Source of the DNA: Massalongia carnosa
Taxonomy: Eukaryota
Assembly (NCBI GenBank): GCA_965645245.1
Contig: OZ287069.1
Location: 1,178,001-1,242,000, forward strand
Length of the DNA: 64,000 nucleotides
Reading direction: 5' to 3'
Each line of letters starts with the position of its first letter. The first letter of the stretch is position 1. Shown here piece after piece: positions 45,701-57,922 of the stretch. Position numbers and translations under genes: made by a program. The notes below the pieces were generated by a model. It did no database searches, was not told the origin of the DNA, and saw only the letters and a list, made by a program, of their open reading frames with translations.

Positions 45701-48020
45701 TTTCTGCTTGCGATATTCGTCTAATTTCTTGGGAGGTCACTGATGTCTGCAGTGTCAGGGCTTGGTTCATGCGAAACAGGGCTAGATGAAGTTCCTTTTC
45801 ACTAGAACTGTTACGCGGGTTGGGTTGATAGGTTGGTTTCGGTTTATTCAGACTACTATGGCGACTGAATTCGGTTGCGGATTGGATTTCGGTTTTAGGT
45901 TCGGTTGGGGTCTCTCCGAGGAAGCGATCGATTTCTTTCAAGGAGAGACTAAACATCTCGTGGTTTTCTTCGCGTCCGAGACAATTGAAGTTCATGGCGC
46001 TTATCTCGCAGATTTCCATGACTGAGAATTTGATTTTTTGCTGAGCAGCGCGTCTTTCGACCAAAGTTCGTTTGGAGGAGGGGCTTCGGTATCGAATTTT
46101 TGGTGGGTTGCCTTGTTCAATCCCTTTTTCAATGCGACTGACCTCTTTTATCTCCTCCTTCACGGAGGTCTCCTGGCCGACGTTTTCGGGCGTGATTGTG
46201 ATTGTTGAGGTTTCAATTGAGGTTTCAATTGAGGCTGGATTTATTTCCTCGGATTTCCACACCTCCTGACTTTCAGCAGGCGAAAGAAATTCTTCCTTAG
46301 TATGAGCTTATACTTTGACCGGACGAGGACAGCAGTGAGCGAGGGCAGAAAGGAGACGCCAATGATAGAGATTTGGTATTGAAATCGATATGGGCTTGAT
46401 GCCGACGCAGCCACGGGTGTCCGAGAACAATGGGGTATGTTTTCAATCCAGTTACGAAGAGATACATTTATTCCGTGAGTCCGTTTAGATCCATGATTAC
46501 TTCGGCCGCATAAGTGATGTTTCCAGTCAGGGCCGGTTGACCGTCAAAACCTTCGAGGCGTCGAGCGTATTTCAGAGGATGAAGAGGGATTTGATTAGTT
46601 TGCGCGAATTTCTTGTCAATGAATGCATAGCCGGATGCACCACAGTCAATCAAACTAAGAGCTTGAAGTCGAGATCTACCGAGACGTAAAGTACATGAAA
46701 CCACTAAGTGGCTATCTCTAAACGCCACTTCAGACTCAAATTGCTCCAAAGCGGTTGCTGCAGAAAAGCGAGTGTTTGATCGGAGGGGGGGAGAAAAAGA
46801 ATTGGCTAGCAGACAAGAAGAAATGAGAAATGGTTCCTGCGCGCGACGATGCGCAGGACCTAGGCTTTTTTCGAGTCTTCGAGCTCGGAAAGGAAGGTCG
46901 TATCAGATGAGCGAAGACTGGTTTTCTTATTAGGACAGTCGATGGCTGTCTTCCCCGGGTGTTTTTGCTTGCAATAATGGCAGAGATTCCATTTATCACA
47001 GATATCCCTCACCCCTTCCGTTTTCAGAGATTTACCTTTGACGGCTGCTATAGCCTGGCTCAGGTCCATGGGATCTCCGATAGAAGAAGTTGGGACTAGT
47101 CAGGAAGGGATATCCGGTGTGCGAGCAAGGGGTGCGGCGAGAGTGATAGCCGCGTCATCCTTTCGCTAAGACGAGGTGGTTATGGATGTCGGGATAGTCC
47201 TGTTGTTGGGAGCCAGGTGTTTGATCTGGCGAATTTTCTGATCGGTATTCAACCACATTGCGACATATTGATCGAAGCTGATTGGTTCCAGGTTGGTTCC
47301 GGGGACTCGATAGAAGACGGCGGCGGCTTGAATGACATAATTGATATTGGACTTCATGGCATCAATTAGAGAAGCATTCTCCATTTTGGAGCGATACTTT
47401 TTCTGAGCGAATAGGTTATAGTACTCTTCGAAACTCAGAGTACCCTGTTTAAGGGTTTCGCGAAGATACTTGCGAGCATCTTCCTGCTCGAAAGGGTTAC
47501 CGCAAGCCTTACGAAGAGCGGTACGCCATTCGAAGAAGGTCTTCAGCGTGCAGATGCCGTCTAATCGATAGGCGTTCATGAGGTTGTGGGCTCTTTTCCC
47601 AATGGTGAGTCGGTTCTCTGCATAGGCGATCTTGGCGACATCGGTTGGATAACGATCATGATTAACATGCATTCGTTGGATCAGGCTTTGTTCCCAGGAG
47701 TCCAATTTGGCTTCCTCACCATTGTATTCGGAGATGTCATGGAGCTTCTCGGAACGGATTTCGACGGTTTTCTTGGCTAAGAGGATCTTCATCATCTCAG
47801 CCAGCTGAGAGTCCAAGGTGGGATTGATAGCGGGAGCGGGGACGGGAATGGGGACTGGAGCCTGAGTCGACAAAGCATCGATTCGTCGATAAAGTTCCGC
47901 ATTCTCGGCTTGCATGCGAGCGATGCTATCAACGAGTCCTTGAGGGTTGTCGTTGATATATCCTTGAAGATATTCTGCGGCGGTTTGAGTTGATTCGGTA
48001 TCCATTTGATCAGTCATGAC
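39757..48020 (-). mobile_element. Ty3/gypsy chromovirus G3, degenerate; 3' LTR 39757-42481 split by pogo; 5' LTR not in view
   Basis: PPT GAAGGGGGAGCTAC next to TGTCATGAAA; gag from ATG 48017; pol fragments LIDCGAS, YLDD, ETDAS, HPETDGQTER; many frameshifts. Confidence 0.93.
40167..42469 (+). mobile_element. pogo/Fot1-type DNA transposon with ~44-bp TIRs, degenerate
   Basis: ACGTAACTTACTGGGCAACGGGAC... inverted at both ends; TA TSD; YNMDEKGF, SENGWTDNE, DGHASH, LPPHTTHMLQRLDV. Confidence 0.95.
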
Positions 48021-50936
48021 GTAGCTATATTTGTCACAAAATGCAATCCCAAACTGCAATGCACGCCGAAAACGAATCTTATTAACGATTCCGATATGCA
48101 AATTATTGAAATTACAATTGATGAAGTTCGAAAAGTGCAGATTTTCAATATTATAACGAAAAAAGTCAAAGTGATCGAGAAACATACACGATCGATCGAC
48201 TTTTAACCAAATATCAACCTACATCAACTGATCAATCGTCATATGTGGAGATTTCAATGCACATCATAACTGGTGGAATTCGAAAATTCAACAAGCAATT
48301 CGATCAGAAAATGTAGTAAAATGGTTGAAATTAAACAAGTGTAGCTTGATAAACACACCTGATTTATGCACATACTACGCCTATTCTGGAAGTTCTTCAT
48401 TTGTTATTGATTTAACATTTGCAAATTTTAAATTCGAAAATGCAATTACAAATTGGTCTATATATGAAAACGCAGCAGGTTCTGATCATGAAGTCATCGG
48501 ATTTGAACTAATCGCATCTTTCAAAAATTTGACGTCACATGCAACCGCATTATCGAATAATACAATTGTAATAAAGCCGATTGGGACAAGTTCGCGAAGT
48601 TTCTAGACGAAAATTCAATCATCTACGAATCACAAGTTCAAAGTTTATTAAATAATCATCAATTCGACGAAGCAGCGATATATTTGCAAAATATTATCAA
48701 AAACGCGGCTGAAATGTTTATTCCGAAAACAAAAATATGTGCAAAATCGAAAAATTGGTGGTCGCAAGATTTACCCGAACTTCGAAAAACCATTTGCAGA
48801 TATCGTCGAGAATGGAAGAATTATCCGTCCGATTTTAGTCTTCGAACGTTTAAACATAGTCGAATCGAGAATTATCATGCAATTCGAAAAAGCATAACAA
48901 TAAACATGGTTAACTTTTCTAGAAAATGCAGCAAATAAAGATGTATTTACCGCGTATAAATACACTAATCCGCGCATATTCGAAAAGATACCGCCGATTC
49001 TACATGAAAACAAGCTAAATATTGAGTTCTCTGATAAATGCGATGTATTTGTGTTAGCAATGTACACAAAAAACCTATTTATAGACGATAATTTCGAAGA
49101 TTTATCAAATCAAGACTGCGAAAATGACGATAATTGGCCAGATTTGACCGATAACGTGTTGAAAAATTCGATTAATTTATTTAATCCGAAGAAAGCATGT
49201 GGACCTGATGCAATCAATTTTTCAATTGTTCAAAAATTGTTTCAATCGTTGAAAAAGGTGTTTTTCATGATTTATTCGAAATTCATTCGAATCAATTATC
49301 ACCCGTTATGCTGGCGTACAGGACTCGGTACAGTTCTGAAAAAACCTAATAAATCGGACTATTCGCTATCAAAATCATATCGAATTATCGAATTACTAAA
49401 TTGTCTTGGTAAAATTGCTGAGAAAATCGTTGCAAATCGACTAGCCTACCTCGGTGAAAATTCGAATTTACTAGATATCGAAAAGATGGGCGGACGCAAA
49501 AATCATTCTGCAATTGACGCAGTAATGAACGATGTTCATGACATCGAAATTGCAAATCGAAATAAAAACGTCTTATCATGTTTATTACTCGATGTACAAG
49601 GCGCATTTGACTTTGTCTCAATTAATCAACTGCTAAATGTCATGAAAAAGCTGAAATTATTTCTCATAATAATTCAATGGGTCAAGCATTTCACGACAAA
49701 ATGATCGATCAATTTGATATTTGATGAAAACAAAAGCAAAACATATTATGTCGAATCAGGAATTCCTCAAGGCTCACCAATCTCGCCTATTCTATTTCTG
49801 ATTTACATTCGTCCCTCGTTTCCGAGAATACGAATTAAATTCAACGCACATTCTCCTAGTTTTATAGACGATGTTGCAATATATGTCGAAAATAAAACTG
49901 CAAAACAGAATTGCAAAGAAATCGAAATAATAGTCAAAACAGCCTTTGATTGGGCCGCATCGAATAATGTCAAATTTGATGACGATAAATCCGAGCGGAT
50001 TTACTTCGAAAAGACAAGAAATATATCTAAAGTCACATTGGAATTACCAAACGGGACAATACTAGAACCGAAAAATGTAGTCAAATGGTTGGGCGTCTGG
50101 CTAGACCGAAAACTAAATTTCAAAAAACACGTCGAAACGCCAATCTCTTCTGCGAATCGATCGTTTTTTGCAGTTCAGAATTTGATGAAATTCGAATGGG
50201 GTCTGAAACCGACCGCATGCAGACAGCTCTATTTGTCATGCATTATCCCTATTTCGGATTACGGCTCAGAAATTTGGTATAATGGTCAAAAGAAATATGA
50301 AAAACTATTTCAGAACCTACAAAATCGAATGATTCGAAAGATTTTAGGAACTTTCAAAACCACACCTATTCAGGCGATGGGAATTGAATCACATATTTTA
50401 CCAGTCAAACTTCGATTACTAATAAAAAATCAAAAATACGCAATTCGATTATTGAAGATTGCCGAAAATAACCCCCTTTGTCAAAGAATTCCAAAACATA
50501 TATTCGGTAAAATCGGAGAACATCGGTTTTGATACTAGTTCATGGAATAACAGATATGCCGAATGGAACGAAGACGAAAAATAAACAAATTAACGCTTTC
50601 CTAGTCAGCTTATTCGCGTTCTTCATTCCGTTTCCAACCTAGTTCACAAAACTTATGAATTTGAACAATCAAATCATTTTATTAAACCTTGGAAATCGTC
50701 TTGCAAAATCGAATTTCGAATCGAAAATACAAAAGAATCTGCAAAATCGAGTTATTATTCGACCTTATCCAAAATTCAATCAATGAACTCCGATAAATCC
50801 AGAGTTTTACTTTATACGAATGGATCAAAAATCGAATTTGCAACTTCTGCAGTCACATTTACGCCAATTATGCGGAATTGGAGTAATTTTATCAATAGTT
50901 TTGATCGATTTATCTAAAAAGATAGTCTGATCAAGT
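48021..50936 (+). mobile_element. Tad1-like LINE copy B, truncated and frameshifted ORF2
   Basis: Endonuclease GDFNAHH and GSDH; RT GIPQGSPISP and FIDD; ends inside RNase H. Confidence 0.92.
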
Positions 50937-51142
50937 TGTTAGAATGTAAAAATCAGGCAACTTCATTTCAGCCGCACTCACCTTCTACCGCACGAGTATG
51001 GCGCACGCTAATGGCTACACGTATCGCTAGTCTAATACTAGCATACCGTACATTGTCTATAAATCTAGCTATTCTACAATATAGAACAATAGCAAGCGTT
51101 CTATCCCAAAGCACCACCGCAATAGAACAACAACAAGAAACA
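50937..51142. mobile_element. Probable solo LTR (206 bp)
   Basis: TGTTAG...AAACA with CAAGT on both sides; TATAAA inside; right boundary ambiguous. Confidence 0.55.
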
Positions 51143-52011
51143 CAAGTACCGCAACTTTTGATACACTATAACTTTAACAGTCAATTGAGCCTCTAATTCT
51201 CAGTCATTTGAGCTCCTCCAGAGCAAAAACGCTATCAGATTGAGTGTAGGAGAGCTCTAGCAAAGCTCCAGCAGAGTTTTTCTGCTGGTCGCACGCGACC
51301 GACGTGATAAAGCCCGCTCTAGAAGTCGGAAAAAACAACAAATACCAACAACCTCACCAAAAATCGCTCTTTTTTCTTGTTTTCTTCTGTTCTGTTGTCG
51401 CATGACCTTCAATTATTACTATAAAAATTATCTACAAAAATTATCTACTCTCGCGGGACTGTACAACAACTGTCGCGACGTCAAAGTCTTCTAAAGTTCA
51501 TACCTCATTTAAGGTTACGGGAACTTCCGCAAGCACAAATTTTCATAGCATATTTCACGTATAATTTTTGCACATTCCATTCTCGGCTTTATAGATCTTC
51601 GTTGAACGGCCGGTCAACAGATCACTAAAAAGAAGGGGAAAAACGTCTGGAATAGGATTATACCAAAGGTCCTGTTTCAGATTAATCAGAATAGGAAGTC
51701 TCCTATTGTCTTACATTGCATTAAAATTTATCTTTATTGAAAAAAGCAAAAAAAAACTTTCATTATTTTCACCTACTGTGGTGTCTGGTAAAGGGTTAAA
51801 TAAGACTTACTGCCTTAGCGAGGAACGGTCTATTTTAACCCGATTAGGATTTATTTGACGCGTTATAGTCAAATAAATAGGGATAGGAAAGAAAGAGTCA
51901 TTTGACCAGTAAACAAACAGGTGTAAATTCTATTCTGACTAGTACGTCCGGGGAAAGTCAGAATAAATTATTTGGTGGCGATAAAAGGGATATTGCAAAG
52001 GCAAAAACACC

Positions 52012-53670
52012 ATGCTCAATCGAAGATTTAACCCGATAGGTCATAGACCAAATCGATTGATACCAACAACTCCTCCCCCAGGCCCCCCTCCACAACATCT
52101 ATGGGTCCCCCCGAGTACTCCCCCGTCCCCCCCCCGAACCGACTCCCCTACGCCATCTTCGGTAGCGATAATTGGGAGCAACCCCCTAACCGTAGAATCC
52201 ACGGAGGCCATGGATCAAACGCGAGAATTTTCGTCCGCACCGTCCACACCCACCCCAAAAACGAAACCTTTTGTCGCGCTATCTGGTGAATTCAGTACCA
52301 ATCTGCCCATGCCATCATTGAATTCTGATATTCGACTGAGTCCACCAATTAAACGCAACAAAAGACGAACATTTGACGAACATTCGATTGAAAGTCAAGA
52401 AGTCATCAATCGATCAAAATCGATTCAACTATTGAATACGGCAAAAAATGCATTATTAGAGTCACTCGTACTAGATCAAAACCCCGAAACGGCTATGGTC
52501 ATCGATCACGTCAATTCTCTACTGGCAAAGAAATCGATCAAGCCAAAAGCAACGTTAGAAATGATTGATTGGAAATTGAATAGGGTGCTAGAACAAACTA
52601 GCCAAATTCCAGAAACAAAGAGACAATCGGTGCATCCTGTACAGACAAAATCGAAGGGAAATTCAAATGTAAATTCGAATTTGACTAAAAACATCAACCC
52701 ACAAATTCGGAGCGAAACCGCCGGAGTCCCAGGGCCGCAGGTCAACGTTACAGCTAGAAAATGGAGCCAAATGCTCGGAAAAGCGACTGTCAATTCCGAA
52801 AATTGGACTACCGTTCCTCGATCCAAAAAAACAAACAAGAACAACAACAATAATTCGAATGCGAACAAATTCGATAATACTGACGATTTCAAGGCGATCA
52901 AATCTCGACGATTGATAATCACACCGAAAGCTCAAATCGGCGATATCTATTCACTGTTGCTTCGAAACCAAATCAACTCGCTTTTTAAAGACGCGAAATT
53001 GACTATCGTTGTTAACACGGTCGAAAAGTCCAAAACGGGTCAAAACATCGTTCTGACTACTAGTCCTGATAACACTGCTGAAGATTTATTGAACAATAAA
53101 TCAATATGGGAGCATTTATTCGACCCACGAACAGTTCGAAAGGACGAATCGTGGTTCAAAGTCGTCCCACACGGTGTAAATATTGCAACATTTGATGAAA
53201 ACATGCAATATTTGCAAGACGAAATTCAAAAGTTCAATTCGATCATGCAATTATGCGATGTTCCCAGATGGCAAGCACGTGATCGTCAAAACAAGATCAA
53301 ATCGTCTGTTGTTTTGACGTTCAATGATCGAAATATGGCTTTGAACGCGTTGAAAGGAGTAAATATCGCGGGAAGACAATGTGACACGGTAATATTTACC
53401 TCCGTTCGACCAAATACGCAAAGCATCAATTGCCAAAAATTTGGCCACAAGCATTATCAATGCAAAAATCAAGCGAAATGCAATATATGTGCACAAAATC
53501 ATGAAACTCACAATCATGAATGCACAACTTGCAAATCCAAAATCGCGTGTGCACATGTCGTCGTCAAATGCGTCAATTGCAATCTAAATCATCAGTCAAA
53601 TGATGAACGATGTGAAATGATTGCATTGTTAAACGTTCGAAAATCGACTGACGAATTGTCCGTGTTGTAA
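52012..53670 (+). CDS. LINE ORF1 (gag-like, zinc knuckles)
   Basis: 552-aa open frame; CQKFGHKHYQC, CNICAQNH, CVNCNLNH. Confidence 0.9.
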   Translation: MLNRRFNPIGHRPNRLIPTTPPPGPPPQHLWVPPSTPPSPPRTDSPTPSSVAIIGSNPLTVESTEAMDQTREFSSAPSTPTPKTKPFVALSGEFSTNLPMPSLNSDIRLSPPIKRNKRRTFDEHSIESQEVINRSKSIQLLNTAKNALLESLVLDQNPETAMVIDHVNSLLAKKSIKPKATLEMIDWKLNRVLEQTSQIPETKRQSVHPVQTKSKGNSNVNSNLTKNINPQIRSETAGVPGPQVNVTARKWSQMLGKATVNSENWTTVPRSKKTNKNNNNNSNANKFDNTDDFKAIKSRRLIITPKAQIGDIYSLLLRNQINSLFKDAKLTIVVNTVEKSKTGQNIVLTTSPDNTAEDLLNNKSIWEHLFDPRTVRKDESWFKVVPHGVNIATFDENMQYLQDEIQKFNSIMQLCDVPRWQARDRQNKIKSSVVLTFNDRNMALNALKGVNIAGRQCDTVIFTSVRPNTQSINCQKFGHKHYQCKNQAKCNICAQNHETHNHECTTCKSKIACAHVVVKCVNCNLNHQSNDERCEMIALLNVRKSTDELSVL

Positions 53671-56600
53671 TGGCAGGACAACATTCGTTGACAAACATAG
53701 AAAATACACAAAATGTCAAATTTATTCAACACAATTGTGCAAAGTCAACGAATGCAATGATTTCGTGTCTGGAATACGCAGTATTAAATCAAATTGATAT
53801 TGTTTTATTTCAGGAACCTTGGACACGCGATCAAAAAACTATTTCTCATCCGTCATTCACATGCATTATGCCGAAAATAGCAGCTTATCGCTCGAGAGTA
53901 GCTGTATTTGTCACTAAATGCAATTCGAAACTACAATGCACGCCTAGAACGGATCTTATTGACGATCCCGATATGCAAATTATCCAGATTACAATTGATG
54001 ATATTCGAAAAGTACAGATTATCAACATTTACAATGAAAAAAGTCAAAACGATCGGGAAACATATACAATCGACCGACTAATAGTCAAATATCAACCTAC
54101 ATTCAATGATCAATTCGTAATTTGTGGAGATTTCAATGCACATCATAACTGGTGGAATTCGAAAATTCAGCATGCAATTCGATCTGAAAATCTAGTGAAA
54201 TGGTTAAAATCAAAAAAGTGTAGTTTGATTAATACGTCTGATTTATGTACATTTTACGCCCATTCTGGAAGTTCTTCATCTGTTAATGATTTAACATTTG
54301 CAAATTCTAAATTCGAAAATGCAATAACAAATTGGTCAATCGATGAAAACGCAGTCACAGGTTCAGATCATGAAGTCATTCGATTTGAATTAATCGCATC
54401 TTTCAAGAATTTGACGACACATGCAACCGCATTATCAAACAAATACAATTGCAATAAAGCCGATTGGGACAAGTTCGCGAAGTTTTTAGATGAAAATTCA
54501 ATAAACTACGAAACACAGGTTCAAAGTTTATTGAATAATCATCAATTCGACGAATCAGCGATCTATTTGCAAGATATTATTAAAGACGCAGCTGAAATGT
54601 TTATTTCGAAGACCAAAATATTTGCAAAATCAAAAAATTGGTGGTCGCAAGATTTAACTGTACACCGAAAAATTATGTCTAGACATCGTCGAGAATGGAA
54701 GAATTATCCCTCCGATTTTAGTCATAGAACCTTAAAACATAGCCGAATCGAATATTTTCATGCAATTCGAAAAGCAAAACAACAAACTTGGTTGATTTTT
54801 CTAGAAAATGCAGCGAATAAAGACGTATTTACAGCGTATAAATACACTAAACCGCGCATAGTCGAAAAAATACCACCAATTCAATATGAAAATAAGTTAA
54901 ATGTTCAATTAGATGACAAATGCGATGCATTTGTTGCAGCAATGTACACAAAAAACCCATTTATAGACGATAATGTCGAAGACTTATCGAATCAAGACAA
55001 CGAAGATGACAATAAGTGGCCGGATTTGACCGAAAACGAGTTGCAAAATGCGATTAGTTTGTTTAATCCGAAAAAAGCATGTGGCCCTGACGCAATCAAT
55101 TTTACAATTGTTCAAAAATCGTTTCAATCGTTGAAAAACGTGTTTTTTATGATTTATTCAAAATTCATTCAAACCGGTTATCATCCGTTATGCTGGCGGA
55201 TAGGACTCGGTGCAGTTTTGAAAAAACCTAATAAATCAGATTATTCGCTGCCAAAATCATATCGGATTATCACTTTACTAAACTGTCTTGGTAAAATTGC
55301 TGAGAAAATCGTTGCAAATCGCCTTGCCTACTTCGGCGAAAATTCGAATTTATTAGACATCGAACAGATGGGCGGACGCAAAAATCACTCTGCAATTGAC
55401 GCAGTAATGACCGTCGTTCATGATATCGAAATAGCGAACCGAAAAAAGAACGTTTTATCATGTTTATTACTCGACATCAAAGGCGCATTTGACTTCGTAT
55501 CGATTAATCAGCTGTTAAATGTCATGAAAAATCTGAAATTATCTCGCATAGTTATTCAATGGGTCAAAAATTTTATGACAAAACGATCGGTCAATCTAAT
55601 ATTCGATGAAAATAAAAGCAAAACCTATTATGTCGAATCAGGAATTCCACAAGGCTCACCTATTTCGCCTATATTATTTTCGATCTACATTCGTCACTTA
55701 TTTCCGAAAGTACGAATGAAATTCAATGCACATTCTCCTAGTTTTATAGAAGATGTTGCAATATATGTCGAAAATAAAACTGCAAAACAGAATTGCAAAG
55801 AAATCGAAATCATAGTAAAAACTGCATTTGATTGGGCCGCATCGAATAATGTCAAATTTGATGACGAAAAATCCGAACTGATTCACTTCGAAAAGACAAG
55901 AAATGCATCGAAAGACACACTGCAATTACCAAACGGAACTATACTGGAACCGAAAAATGTAGTCAAATGGTTGGGAATCTGGCTAGATCGAAAACTGAAT
56001 TACAAAAAACACGTCGAAACTCGAATTTCTTCTGCAAATCGGTCATTCTTTGGGATTCAAAATTTGATGAAATCAGAGTGGGGTCTTAAACCGACTGCAT
56101 GTAGACAGCTTTATTTGTCATGCATCGTTCCTATTTCGGATTATGGTTCAGAAATTTGGTACAATGGTCAACAGAAATATGAGAAACTATTTCAGAATTT
56201 GCAAAATCGTATTATTCGAAAGCTTTTAGGAACATTCAAAACCACACCTGTTCAGGCGTTGGAAATTGAATCACATATTCTACAAGTCAAACTACGATTA
56301 TTGATGAAAAATCAAAAATATGCTATTCGATTGTGGAAGATTGCCGAAAATAATCCCATTTGTCACAGAATTCCAAACACATATTCGATGAAATTCGAGA
56401 ACATCGGTTTTGATACTAGCTTATGGAACAACAAATATGCCGAATGGAACGAAGACGAAAAACAAACAAATAAACGACATCCTAGTTAGCTTATTCGTGT
56501 TTTGCACTCCCTTTCGGACATAGTTCACAAAACTGATGAATTCGAACAATCAAATAACTTCATAAAACCATGTAAGTCGTCGTGTAAAATCGAATTTCAA

Positions 56601-57683
56601 ATCGAAAAGTCAAAAGAAACAGCAAAATCAAGTTATTATTCGACTTTGTCCAAAATTCAATCTATGAATTCCGAAATATCACGAATATTACTTTATACGG
56701 ATGGATCAAAAGTAGAATTTGCAACTTCTGCGGTCACATTCGCACCAATTATGCGAAAATGGAACAATTTTATCGATGATTTCGATCACTTTATCGAAAA
56801 AGATTGCATTATCCAACATCATACAATTTCGAAAAGCTGGAAATTGAGCAAACAGTCAAGCATTAAAAATGCTGAACATCATGCAATTTTACAAGCAGTC
56901 AAATGGGTATACAAGTTAACGAACGAGAATATATTATCGAATTTAGAAAAAACAATATGGATTTTTTCCGATAGTTTGAACGTGATAAACGAAATTCAAC
57001 ATTTAACAAATCATATTTATGCGAAGCAAATTCGAAAGATTGCAAAATGTTTATTCGAAAACAACTATCAGATAATTCTGCAATGGATCCCTAGTCATTC
57101 GAAAATTATCGAAAATGAAATTGCAGACAAAACGGCGAAAGCAGGACACAGTCAAATCATAGCGGAGTCCTCGGCGATCACATTTGACTACTTGAAAAGT
57201 CAAATTCATCAAAATACGCTAAACACATGGACGAATCAATGGCAACGATGCAGGTCAAAAGGCAAACATTACGAGAAATTTAATATGCAACCTGGCAAAT
57301 CGAGCTTTTATCATTTGTCAAACAATTGTTCGAAAATGATATTTGCTACCATTATGCAGCTGAAATTTGGACACGGTTATTTTCGTTCATATCTATATCG
57401 ATTGAAAGATTAAAATTCGTCAAAATGCACGAATAGATGCAACGAACGTCAAACGCCAGAACATCTATTGTTGAACTGCAATCACTATTTTGAAGAAATT
57501 CAAATAATGAAACAAAGTATCGATACTACAATCAATTTGAACATTTTATTCAATACCAAAATTGGAAATGACATTTTGATAAAGTTTATTGCCAAAAACA
57601 AAATCGCTACTAGAAAATGGATACTAGGTCAGCTAGAAGACGAAATTGTCGAAACGGGAGGTTGGGGAGAGATCGAACAGTAA
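53670..57683 (+). pseudogene. LINE ORF2 (APE endonuclease-RT-RNase H) with two in-frame stops
   Basis: QHNC, FQEP, GDFNAHH, GSDH; RT motif mutated to FIED; RNase H YTDGS, FSDS, WIPSH, NEIADK; stops at 56487 and 57411. Confidence 0.92.
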
Positions 57684-57922
57684 AATCAGAATTGATTTAT
57701 CCTGAAACACTTACGAACTTTACAAAGACAAATTGTAAAATCGAAAATTCGATTACTATAGGTTGTTACTAACACGGAGTAAAAACGGGGAAAAATTGAA
57801 GATTCATAGATGGGTTATAAAGTGTTGACTTATTTGTATTATAGAAATATATCTTAAAATAGTTTAGTGTCATAACCTTAGGTTGAATACACTCAATGAA
57901 TAATAAAAAAATAAAATAAAAA

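Larger units (their letters stand above)
51143..57922 (+). mobile_element. Near full-length Tad1-like LINE copy C
   Basis: About 870-bp 5' region, ORF1, ORF2, 3' UTR and A-rich tail 57897-57922. Confidence 0.95.

Noticed and set aside
47166..48185. 339-aa gag with a novel N-terminal extension
   Set aside because: The first ~56 codons are antisense LINE B sequence; gag starts at ATG 48017.
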